From: an uncultured Mycoplasmatota bacterium
Lineage (GTDB): Bacteria > Bacillota_I > Bacilli_A > RF39 > UBA660
Direction of reading: 5' to 3'
NCBI GenBank assembly: GCA_946402735.1
Contig: CAMIXH010000002.1
Coordinates: forward strand, 310,080 to 374,079
DNA: 64,000 bases
The notes under the pieces are model-generated. The model was not told the origin of the DNA and made no database searches. It saw only the letters and a list, made by a program, of their open reading frames with translations. The position numbers and the translations under genes are program-made. Shown piece after piece: positions 18,964 to 26,898 of the stretch (positions are counted from its first letter, which is position 1; the number at the start of each line of letters is the position of its first letter).

Positions 18964-20037
18964 ATGGATAAAAAAACAAGTGAACCAGTAAATTTTAAAA
19001 AGGTTTTTATTATAATTGTAGTCATTTGGACAATCATATCTATATTAATATGTCTACCATCAACTATTAATTATTATAAAAAACATAATACTAATAATAA
19101 TGAGGAAATAAAAGAACAAGATAGAATTCAAGAAGAAAAAGAACAAGAAAGAATTCAGGAAAGTATACATAATGGAATAGATATAAAATTGAAGAAATTG
19201 GGATTTGAAGAATACAACGATTCTACTTGCCCTAACAATGATAAATGTTTGACTAATGGTCAATACAAGATTGATTATGATATAACTGGATGGTTTAATA
19301 TAAAAAGAAAAATAGATGAAAATGAAAAATTTGATTCAAAAGATGATTTATTATTAATTGGAAATTTATATAATAATGAAAAAATTTCAACAAGAAGTAG
19401 TATTATTAATAACATATTTGGTAATAGTAAAGAAAACTATATTAGTAGTTTTATTAATATGGATGGTCTCCATTTTTATATTTCACGTTCATCAACAACA
19501 ATTCATTACTCTATTATGTATTATAGAGTAGATAATGATTTGGAACTTGATATAGATTCATTAAGTTCAACTTCATTTAATGAAAAATATGATAGATTAA
19601 AAATGTATAATTTACTATTTAATGATTATAAGAATAGATTCCCTGTATATGATTTTATTAATCATTATAAACAATATTTAGATAATTACAATATTTCAGT
19701 AGATATGCATTATAATAATTACAGAGTAAAAGAAGCATATTCTAGTTATTATAGTTTCGATTTTGATAAAAGAGGATACAATGATAATCTTATTACTGTT
19801 ATTGTGCCTGGTTCTCTTTATGAAGGACAAAATGTTGGACTAATAAATAATGATTTAAAATATTTTTCTAATAAATTTGATGGAAAATATGAATTAACAA
19901 AAGAGGATAAAGAGTCAATTAAAATGGTAATGTCACAAGATTATTATAAAACTACTATCAATAAAAACAATTTAACTATAACCATAGAAAGGATAGCTGC
20001 AGGTAGAGCATTCTACATTACATATAATTTCGATTAA
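18964..20037 (+). CDS. Membrane-anchored hypothetical protein
   Basis: A long ORF preceded by SD AGGTGA, with an N-terminal TM helix. I recognised no motifs. Confidence 0.4.
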   Translation: MDKKTSEPVNFKKVFIIIVVIWTIISILICLPSTINYYKKHNTNNNEEIKEQDRIQEEKEQERIQESIHNGIDIKLKKLGFEEYNDSTCPNNDKCLTNGQYKIDYDITGWFNIKRKIDENEKFDSKDDLLLIGNLYNNEKISTRSSIINNIFGNSKENYISSFINMDGLHFYISRSSTTIHYSIMYYRVDNDLELDIDSLSSTSFNEKYDRLKMYNLLFNDYKNRFPVYDFINHYKQYLDNYNISVDMHYNNYRVKEAYSSYYSFDFDKRGYNDNLITVIVPGSLYEGQNVGLINNDLKYFSNKFDGKYELTKEDKESIKMVMSQDYYKTTINKNNLTITIERIAAGRAFYITYNFD

Positions 20038-20068
20038 AAAAACAATTCATAAGAATTGTTTTTTTTAT
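20036..20068. terminator. Bidirectional terminator
   Basis: AAAAACAATTC-ataa-GAATTGTTTTT lies between convergent genes. Confidence 0.75.
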
Positions 20069-21537
20069 TCAAAGAAATTATCGCTTTGTAAGTATTCACT
20101 TTCACAAGTAAGGTTTATTTTTAAACCTTTTAATGTTTTCTTATCACCATTATCTACTATATATGTTGCATGTGCTTCACAATCTTTTAACTTAGATAAA
20201 CAAGATAATGCTTTTTCAATCATAGGGTTAGTAGCAGAACAAATACTAAGAGCAGTTAATACTTCTGGAAGAGTTATTTTATTTCCATTGTATATTTCTT
20301 TCTTAACTGATAGCATTGGTTCTAATACTTTAGGTGATAATAAATTAATATCATCTGGTATTTTACTTAAATACTTAATAGCATTTAATACAACACTACT
20401 TGCTGGTGTTAATATATCAGTTTGTCTTCCTGTAATAATCTTTTTATTATTGATTCTTAATGCAATCGCAGGTGAGTTCTTTTCAGCTTTTTTATCTAAT
20501 GCTGGTTTAATAACATCTAAATATGTTTCATCAATATTTAGTTCATTCATAAGTAGTTTAACTTTTTCTACATTATCTTGATCACTTAAACCAAGTTTGT
20601 AACTATTTTGTTCATTATAATAACGTCTTACTACTTCTTTTTTACTAGCTTCTTCTACTACATCATTATCAGTAATACAAAAACCTATCATATTAACGCC
20701 CATATCAGTAGGACTCTTATATATATCTTTTCCAGTTGCTTTATGAAGAATACTTTTAAGTACTGGAAACATTTCAACATCTCTATTATAGTTTACTGCT
20801 GTTTCACCATATGCTTCTAAATGGAATGGATCAATCATATTAACATCTTTTAAATCAGCAGTGGCTGCTTCATAAGCAATATTAACTGGATGTTTTAAAG
20901 GCAAATTCCATACTGGGAATGTTTCAAATTTAGCATATCCAGCATTAACACCTCTTAAATTTTCGTGATAAACCTGTGATAAACAAGTCGCTAGTTTACC
21001 ACTACCTGGTCCAGGAGCATTAACAAGAATTAATGGCTTAGTTGTTTCAACATAAGGGTTAGCTCCATATCCTTCTTCACTAACAATAGTATCAACATCA
21101 GTTGGATAACCTTTTGTAAAAGTATGAATATATGTTTTTATTCCATTTCTATTTAATTTTTTTATAAATTTATCTACACTTAATTGATTTTTATATAAAG
21201 TAATAACTACACTATTAACACTAAATCCCATTTCTTTAGACTTATTAATTAACTTCAATATTTCTGTATCATATGTAATACCATATTCAGCTCTTGTCTT
21301 ATTTCTTTCAATATCATTAGCATTAATACAATAGATGATTTCTAAATCATCCTTTAATTCCTTAAACATGCTAATCTTAGCATCACTTTTAAAACCAGGT
21401 AGAACTCTTGATGCATGCGAATCATCAAATAGTTTTCCACCTACTTCAAGATATAATTTATCAAATAAACCAAACCTCTCCTTGATTTTCTTGCTTTGTA
21501 TTTTTACATACTTAGCATTATCGAATCCTTTCTTCAT
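20065..21537 (-). CDS. UPF0371 / DUF1846 family protein
   Basis: The N-terminus FDNAKYVKIQSKKIKERF....YLEVGGKLFDDSHASRVLPGF is characteristic of DUF1846, and the length is about 490 aa. Confidence 0.7.
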   Translation of the reverse strand: MKKGFDNAKYVKIQSKKIKERFGLFDKLYLEVGGKLFDDSHASRVLPGFKSDAKISMFKELKDDLEIIYCINANDIERNKTRAEYGITYDTEILKLINKSKEMGFSVNSVVITLYKNQLSVDKFIKKLNRNGIKTYIHTFTKGYPTDVDTIVSEEGYGANPYVETTKPLILVNAPGPGSGKLATCLSQVYHENLRGVNAGYAKFETFPVWNLPLKHPVNIAYEAATADLKDVNMIDPFHLEAYGETAVNYNRDVEMFPVLKSILHKATGKDIYKSPTDMGVNMIGFCITDNDVVEEASKKEVVRRYYNEQNSYKLGLSDQDNVEKVKLLMNELNIDETYLDVIKPALDKKAEKNSPAIALRINNKKIITGRQTDILTPASSVVLNAIKYLSKIPDDINLLSPKVLEPMLSVKKEIYNGNKITLPEVLTALSICSATNPMIEKALSCLSKLKDCEAHATYIVDNGDKKTLKGLKINLTCESEYLQSDNFFE

Positions 21538-21651
21538 ATTTTCCTCACCTTATTATAATTATATATTTTTTGCAAATAATTGAAAATAAAATAATGTAAT
21601 ATTTACACTATTTTACTTTAAAAAATTTAAAATTTATGGTATAACTAAATT

Positions 21652-23019
21652 ATGAAAAATAAATTAATAAGTATAACAATTATTTTAGCATTAGTTGCAC
21701 TGTTCTCTGTACCAGTGTATTTTATGATGAAACCTGAAAAAGATCCTCTAAATCTATTTGAGGATAATAGCTTCTTTGAAGAACCTTTAAAAGTTGAAAT
21801 AGCAGAAATAAATGAAGAAGAAGCTGAAGTTATTGACGAAGAGTCAGCTACTACAGAGACTAAACAAGAAGAACCAAAAGTAGCAGAGAATAAAATAGTA
21901 GAAAAAACTACTACTGCTGCTAAAGCAAAAGCAACTAAGATTAGAACATATAAGTTAAAAGTACAATATAACAAGAAAGTTACTATTAAAAGTATTATAA
22001 AACAAAATGTTAGTGGTAAATTAGATACAACTAAGTTAGGTACATTTACTAAAAAAGTAAAAGTTGGAAAAACTACTTATACAATTAAATATACTGTAGT
22101 TGATACTACTCCTCCAGTAATACTTGGTGGTAGTGTTAGTACTTATGTAGGAAAGAAAGTTAACCTAGTTAATAAATTCCTATGTGGAGATAATTATGAT
22201 GATACTCCTACTTGTAAAGTAATTGGTACCTATGATTTTAATAAAGTTGGTAAATATAAATTAAAATATAAAGCTACTGATTCAAGTGGTAATTCTAAAA
22301 CTGTTAGTTTTACATTAAATGTTAAAGAAAAACCAGCTAGTTCAAGTAGTTCATCTAGTTCATCATCAACTAAAAAAGGAAAACCAATCAGTGATTATAT
22401 TAAAAAATATAAAAATAAGAATACTATGATTGGTGTAGATGTATCATCTTGGCAAGATGAAATAGATTGGGCAAAAGCTAAAAAAGCTGGAGTAGAATTT
22501 GCAATTATTAGAATTGGTTTCGGACATACTAATAGTGGCGAAATAAAAATGGATAAACAATTCCAAAATAATATTAAAAATGCTAAAAAGAATGGTGTAA
22601 AAGTTGGATTATATTTCTTCTCATATGCAGAGAATGAAACACAAGCTAAACAACATGCACAATGGATTATAAAACAATTAAATGGTGAAAAACTAGATTT
22701 ACCAATCGCATATGACTGGGAAAACTGGGGATCATTTAACTCATATCATATGAGTTTTACAAGAGTACATAATTCAGCTCAAACATTTATAAGTACATTA
22801 GAGAAAGCTGGTTATAAAGGAATGCTTTATTCTAGTGCATATTATCTAACAAGATTATGGGGTTCTAACTTTAAGAATCAATGGTTAGCATATTATACAA
22901 GTAATAATGATTATACTGAAAAACCATTCATGATGTGGCAAGCAACAAGTAGTGGTAAAGTTGATGGAATACCTGGTTTTGTAGATATAGATATTCTTTA
23001 TAAAAACAAAATAAAATAA
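21652..23019 (+). CDS. Secreted or anchored GH25 lysozyme (muramidase) with an Ig-like (DUF5011-like) domain and a poly-Ser linker
   Basis: The C-terminus has IGVDVSSWQDEIDWAKAKKAGVEFAIIRIG...YFFSYA...DWE (GH25). The middle has DTTPPVILG...YKATDSSGNSKTVSFTLNV, followed by a run of 11 Ser (PASSSSSSSSSSTKK). Confidence 0.75.
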   Translation: MKNKLISITIILALVALFSVPVYFMMKPEKDPLNLFEDNSFFEEPLKVEIAEINEEEAEVIDEESATTETKQEEPKVAENKIVEKTTTAAKAKATKIRTYKLKVQYNKKVTIKSIIKQNVSGKLDTTKLGTFTKKVKVGKTTYTIKYTVVDTTPPVILGGSVSTYVGKKVNLVNKFLCGDNYDDTPTCKVIGTYDFNKVGKYKLKYKATDSSGNSKTVSFTLNVKEKPASSSSSSSSSSTKKGKPISDYIKKYKNKNTMIGVDVSSWQDEIDWAKAKKAGVEFAIIRIGFGHTNSGEIKMDKQFQNNIKNAKKNGVKVGLYFFSYAENETQAKQHAQWIIKQLNGEKLDLPIAYDWENWGSFNSYHMSFTRVHNSAQTFISTLEKAGYKGMLYSSAYYLTRLWGSNFKNQWLAYYTSNNDYTEKPFMMWQATSSGKVDGIPGFVDIDILYKNKIK

Positions 23020-23043
23020 GTAAGAAATTACTTATTTTTTTTA
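23016..23043 (+). terminator. Terminator of the GH25 gene
   Basis: ATAAGTAA-gaaa-TTACTTAT is followed by a T8 run. Confidence 0.7.
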
Positions 23044-23058
23044 TGCAATAAAAAAGAG

Positions 23059-23307
23059 CTAATTGCCCTTTAATAAGTCTAGTAATTTATTTTTAACATA
23101 ATCTATTTTACTAGGATCAATTTTATGAATGAATACTCTTCCATTTACTTCATCATATAACGCAAAATGCATTATATCTTGAGGACAATCTTTTTCACTC
23201 TCAAGTTCATAGGCGATATAATTCATATCACCCTCAGTAAAACCAACAATTAACTCAGCTTTCTTATATTCTCTATCCTCATCTTGAAATATGAAAGTTG
23301 TATTCAT
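23059..23307 (-). CDS. Small acidic protein, DUF1292-like
   Basis: An 82-aa ORF. The pattern FIFQDEDREY...ELIVGF....NYIAYE......I..FALYDE......I.KID resembles DUF1292. Confidence 0.4.
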   Translation of the reverse strand: MNTTFIFQDEDREYKKAELIVGFTEGDMNYIAYELESEKDCPQDIMHFALYDEVNGRVFIHKIDPSKIDYVKNKLLDLLKGN

Positions 23308-23483
23308 AGCCTCATACCTTCTTCCCTAGATTCTTCTTTAACATAGGGAAGCATTACAACATTATTTAAAGATGGAATAAAGAGTTTATTATTTTTACCT
23401 AGATTCTTTAAATACCATTCTCTAACTTTTGCATTAGCACCCTTAGTTAAAGCAATAGAATTACCAGATAATTCTTTATTCAT
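23304..23483 (-). CDS. Small hypothetical protein (59 aa), not in the ORF track
   Basis: Manual translation gives MNKELSGNSIALTKGANAKVREWYLKNLGKNNKLFIPSLNNVVMLPYVKEESREEGMRL. SD GAGAGGTG lies upstream, and the TGA stop overlaps the ATG of 23059..23307 (ATGA). Confidence 0.45.
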   Translation of the reverse strand: MNKELSGNSIALTKGANAKVREWYLKNLGKNNKLFIPSLNNVVMLPYVKEESREEGMRL

Positions 23484-23613
23484 ATATACACCTCTCTATT
23501 ATTACTATATATTTGAAAGTGTAAATATTCAATAAAATCACCTGATTTTTACATTTCATTTGTAAATACTATTACAACTATATTATATCATATTCTATTC
23601 AAAAATAAAAATC

Positions 23614-23640
23614 ACAAAAAAAGGAGCTTTTTAGCTCCTT
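23614..23640 (-). terminator. Terminator of the ABC-F/APH gene
   Basis: AAGGAGCT-loop-AGCTCCTT is followed by a T-run on the - strand, directly after the stop at 23642. Confidence 0.8.
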
Positions 23641-23641
23641 C

Positions 23642-26020
23642 TTATAAACTTAATAGTATTCTATAATAATCACTCTTGAATTCATCTTTTTCTATTCCTA
23701 ATTTATCATAGAAAACTTGAACATATTCTTTTCCATAATTTCTTTCAATAGACATTTCACATACCACTAAATCATAATATATATCTGATATACCAGCATT
23801 TCCAACATCTATTAAACCATTAAAGTGATGATCTAAAGCATATATATTAGGTAAAGACATGTCACCATGAGTAAATCCCATTATCTGTTTTGGTTTATTA
23901 CCTTTTAAATACTTAAGAATTGCTTCTTTACTATGAAATCTATCTAATATTTCTTTTTTAATATCACTATTTTTTATTGATGGAAATCTACTTTCAATTT
24001 CTTTAATCTTAGTATCAATTGTTTCATCAACAACACAATCACTATAATCAATATTATATAAATCATTAAATGCTTCAATTATTATATCTATACCTTCTAG
24101 AGGATGCTCTTCATAATACTTACTACAAAGCATTTCTCCTTTTATTTCACGACTTAATATATATGATTTACCATTATATTTTTCATAAAACATCTTTTCA
24201 GGAACTTTAATCTTATTTTTTAAATAATCAAGCATTATAGATTCTTTACTTAAATGATCAGCTATTTTCAAATAGAATGTTTTACTCTTCTTTCTTATTC
24301 TATATACTTTAGAATTACATCCAATTGTAACTTCTTCTACTCTATTAGCATCTTTTAAGAATTCGTTTAATCTATTACTACCTTTAATAACTATTTCTTT
24401 CTTAGTAACAGGTTCAATTATCTTTTTTCTGTTATCTAGCGATGCCAAATAATCATAATTGCCATTATAAGTGACCAAGTGTCTATTTTCAAATCTAACT
24501 ATTTTAGTAGCAATCTTATTAATAAAGTATCTATCGTGTGAAATAAATAATATAGATCCATCAAAATCAAGAAGTGCTTCTTCTAATATTTCACGAGTAT
24601 CAATATCAATATGATTAGTTGGTTCATCTAGAATTAGAAAGTTGGCTTTTTGTAAAATTAATTCAAGTAATTTAATTCTTACCTTTTCACCACCACTGAT
24701 ATTTTTAAGTTTCTTAGAAATTGATTCTTCTCCAAAATAAAATCTATTTAATTTACTTCTAAGTTCACTTTCACTTCCTACAAAACTCTTTCTCATATGT
24801 TCATAAACTGTTAATTCTTCATTTTCGAACCTTATTTCTTGTGGAATATACCCTATACTAACATTTGCACCCAATTTTATATTATCGTGTGTATTATTTA
24901 TTATATTTTTTATTAAAGTAGTCTTTCCACAACCATTTTTTCCCATTAAACAAACACGTTCTTTGAAGTATACATTCATGTTTGCACTCTCTAGTAACGA
25001 CTTAGTGTCAATTTGTAAACTCAAATCTTTAATGTCAATTACCCAGTTGGCACTTCTCTTAATTGTATCTAAATTAATCTTTAGTTCACTCTTTTCAACA
25101 GGTTTATCAATCTTCTCCATTCTCTCAAGTCTTTTTTCCATAGCCGCTGCTCTTCTAAAGAAAATTGGATTATCTGCTTTATTACCCCATTCTTTTAATC
25201 TAACAATCGCTTCTTTAATAGCTTTTATTTCTTTTTGTTGATTTTTATACTTTTGCATTTGAAGTAAAAATCTTTTATCACTTTCTTCTAAATAATATGA
25301 ATAGTTTCCAAAATATATATCTTCATGTCCATTTTCAATACATATTACTTTATTACATACTCTATCCATAAAGTATCTATCGTGACTAACCAATAAAATA
25401 GCGCCCTTATAACTATTTAAATAGTCTTCAAACCATTCTAAAGTATCAATATCTAAGTGATTAGTAGGTTCATCAAGTAAAAGAATATCAGGATTACTTA
25501 AAACTAAACTAGCCAAATTAACAATGGTCTTTTCTCCACCACTTAAATTATTATATTTAGTATTTAAAACACTTTCACTTAATTTAAAACCGTGTTTAAT
25601 CTTTTCAATTATTTCTTTTAATTGATATCCACCTTTAATTCTAAATTCTTCTTGAAGTACTGTTAGTTCTTTAATAGACTTTTCAGAAGAATCCATATTC
25701 ATAACAAAATCATTAATCCTATTATCAAGATCAATTAAGTCTTTTACTCCTCTTAAATATACTTCATTTGCTGACACATCGTCACTTTCTAATGGTGGAA
25801 TTTGAGTTAAATAACCAATAGTAGATCCTTTTCTAATATTTATTGTGCCACTATCAGGTCTTTCTAAACCCATAATTAATCTAAGTGTAGTAGTTTTACC
25901 ACACCCATTTCTTCCAATTAAGGAAACACGTTCACCAGTTTTTATATCAAAAGATAAATCATTTAAAACACTATTAAAACCATAATTTTTATTTATTTTA
26001 TTTAAACTTATTTCTATCAT
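23642..26020 (-). CDS. ABC-F ATPase (two NBDs, no TMD) fused to a C-terminal APH(3')-like aminoglycoside phosphotransferase domain
   Basis: NBD1 has GRNGCGKTT, LSGGEKT and LLLDEPTNHLD. NBD2 has GKNGCGKTT, ISGGEKV and LILDEPTNHID. From about aa 545 (about nt 24390 down to 23645) the kinase motifs are FYLKI, THGDMSLPNIY and GLIDVGNAGISDIYYDL. The tail DKLGIEKDEFKSDYYRILL parallels APH(3')-IIIa. Confidence 0.8.
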   Translation of the reverse strand: MIEISLNKINKNYGFNSVLNDLSFDIKTGERVSLIGRNGCGKTTTLRLIMGLERPDSGTINIRKGSTIGYLTQIPPLESDDVSANEVYLRGVKDLIDLDNRINDFVMNMDSSEKSIKELTVLQEEFRIKGGYQLKEIIEKIKHGFKLSESVLNTKYNNLSGGEKTIVNLASLVLSNPDILLLDEPTNHLDIDTLEWFEDYLNSYKGAILLVSHDRYFMDRVCNKVICIENGHEDIYFGNYSYYLEESDKRFLLQMQKYKNQQKEIKAIKEAIVRLKEWGNKADNPIFFRRAAAMEKRLERMEKIDKPVEKSELKINLDTIKRSANWVIDIKDLSLQIDTKSLLESANMNVYFKERVCLMGKNGCGKTTLIKNIINNTHDNIKLGANVSIGYIPQEIRFENEELTVYEHMRKSFVGSESELRSKLNRFYFGEESISKKLKNISGGEKVRIKLLELILQKANFLILDEPTNHIDIDTREILEEALLDFDGSILFISHDRYFINKIATKIVRFENRHLVTYNGNYDYLASLDNRKKIIEPVTKKEIVIKGSNRLNEFLKDANRVEEVTIGCNSKVYRIRKKSKTFYLKIADHLSKESIMLDYLKNKIKVPEKMFYEKYNGKSYILSREIKGEMLCSKYYEEHPLEGIDIIIEAFNDLYNIDYSDCVVDETIDTKIKEIESRFPSIKNSDIKKEILDRFHSKEAILKYLKGNKPKQIMGFTHGDMSLPNIYALDHHFNGLIDVGNAGISDIYYDLVVCEMSIERNYGKEYVQVFYDKLGIEKDEFKSDYYRILLSL

Positions 26021-26052
26021 TATAATTATCTCCTTTAAAATTTTTACATGCG

Positions 26053-26100
26053 AAAAAATTCACACTTGTTACAATCATTAAAGGATTCTAAGCAAGTGTG
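26053..26100 (-). terminator. Intrinsic terminator (attenuator) in the 5' leader of the ABC-F/APH gene
   Basis: The - strand RNA reads CACACUUG-C-UUAGAAUC-cuuuaau-GAUUGUAA-CAAGUGUG followed by AAUUUUUUCG. It lies between the promoter at 26167..26193 and the SD/ATG at 26020. Confidence 0.7.
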
Positions 26101-26144
26101 ATATTATTTGTATAAATAATTACTCTTTTGACATATATACACAT
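26088..26144 (-). CDS. Putative 18-aa leader peptide (MCIYVKRVIIYTNNITLA) of the attenuator
   Basis: SD GGAAGGGTGA lies about 7 nt upstream. The stop codon UAG lies inside the 5' arm of the terminator hairpin. Confidence 0.45.
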   Translation of the reverse strand: MCIYVKRVIIYTNNITLA

Positions 26145-26166
26145 ATAATATCACCCTTCCAGACAT

Positions 26167-26193
26167 ATTATAGCACATTTCCCTAAAAATCAA
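26167..26193 (-). promoter_or_regulatory. Promoter of the ABC-F/APH leader transcript
   Basis: The - strand reads TTGATT, a 15-nt spacer, then TG-c-TATAAT (extended -10). Confidence 0.55.
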
Positions 26194-26209
26194 CTAAAAT
26201 ATTGGAAAA

Positions 26210-26253
26210 AATGACCAAAAATATTTGACTTTTAGTCATTTATGTACTATTAT
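26210..26253 (+). promoter_or_regulatory. TetR-gene promoter with an overlapping palindromic operator
   Basis: The inverted repeat AATGACCAAAA-N9-TTTTAGTCATT matches at 10 of 11 positions. It embeds TTGACT (-35, 26225..26230), followed by a 17-nt spacer and TATTAT (-10, 26248..26253). Confidence 0.55.
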
Positions 26254-26274
26254 ATACGCTCGAAAGGGAGAAAT

Positions 26275-26871
26275 ATGGAAAATTCAGGGGAACATTTTTC
26301 CAAAGTAGAGGAAAAAAAGCAAATTAAAAGAGAAAATTTACTATCATCAGCATATACATTATTCATGAAAAAAGGATCATTTAATACTTCTATTAATGAT
26401 ATTGTAGAAGATGCTGGTGTTGCTAAAGGAACATTCTATTTATATTTTGAAGATAAATATGATATAGAAGAAAAAGTTATCATTGAAAAATCTAGGTTGT
26501 TATTTGATGAAGCTGTTATTAATACAACTAATAAGAAAATTAATGATTATCAAGATAAATTAATAAATATTTTTGATTATATTATTAATTCTTTATCAAA
26601 AAATAAAGATTTAACAGAATTAATTGGTAAATATCTATATTTAGGATTATTTAATGAGGAAAATAACGAAGATTATATAGATATTAAGAAAATGCTTGTT
26701 GTTGGATTAAAACAATATAACAAAAAGATTAAAAATCCAGAAGCAGTAATATTCATGATAGTAAACTTAGTAAGTAGTGTTGTATATGATTCAATTATAT
26801 TTGATAGACCAACAAATATAGAATCATTAAAACCAGTACTATTTAGTGAAATTAAGAAAATGATTCAATAA
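26275..26871 (+). CDS. TetR/AcrR family transcriptional regulator
   Basis: The N-terminal HTH is ENLLSSAYTLFMKKGSFNTSINDIVEDAGVAKGTFYLYFEDKYD. The start is moved to ATG 26275, behind SD AAGGGAG. Confidence 0.8.
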   Translation: MENSGEHFSKVEEKKQIKRENLLSSAYTLFMKKGSFNTSINDIVEDAGVAKGTFYLYFEDKYDIEEKVIIEKSRLLFDEAVINTTNKKINDYQDKLINIFDYIINSLSKNKDLTELIGKYLYLGLFNEENNEDYIDIKKMLVVGLKQYNKKIKNPEAVIFMIVNLVSSVVYDSIIFDRPTNIESLKPVLFSEIKKMIQ

Positions 26872-26898
26872 AAAATAGAGCTTTTAAAGCTCTATTTT
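26872..26898. terminator. Bidirectional terminator between the TetR gene and the KsgA/Erm-like gene
   Basis: AAAATAGAGCT..AGCTCTATTTT is a palindrome. Confidence 0.7.

Noticed and set aside
21645-21974. A 109-aa - strand ORF overlapping the start of the GH25 lysozyme gene.
   Set aside because: It is antisense to the signal-peptide and acidic-linker region of a well-supported + strand gene. It has no SD, and its product is low complexity.
1003-23019. A prophage lysis cassette, suggested by the CHAP amidase at 1003..1899 and the GH25 muramidase at 21652..23019.
   Set aside because: The two hydrolases are 20 kb apart. Each has its own N-terminal signal or TM anchor, and there is no holin, portal, terminase, capsid or integrase gene nearby. 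They look like resident cell-wall hydrolases.
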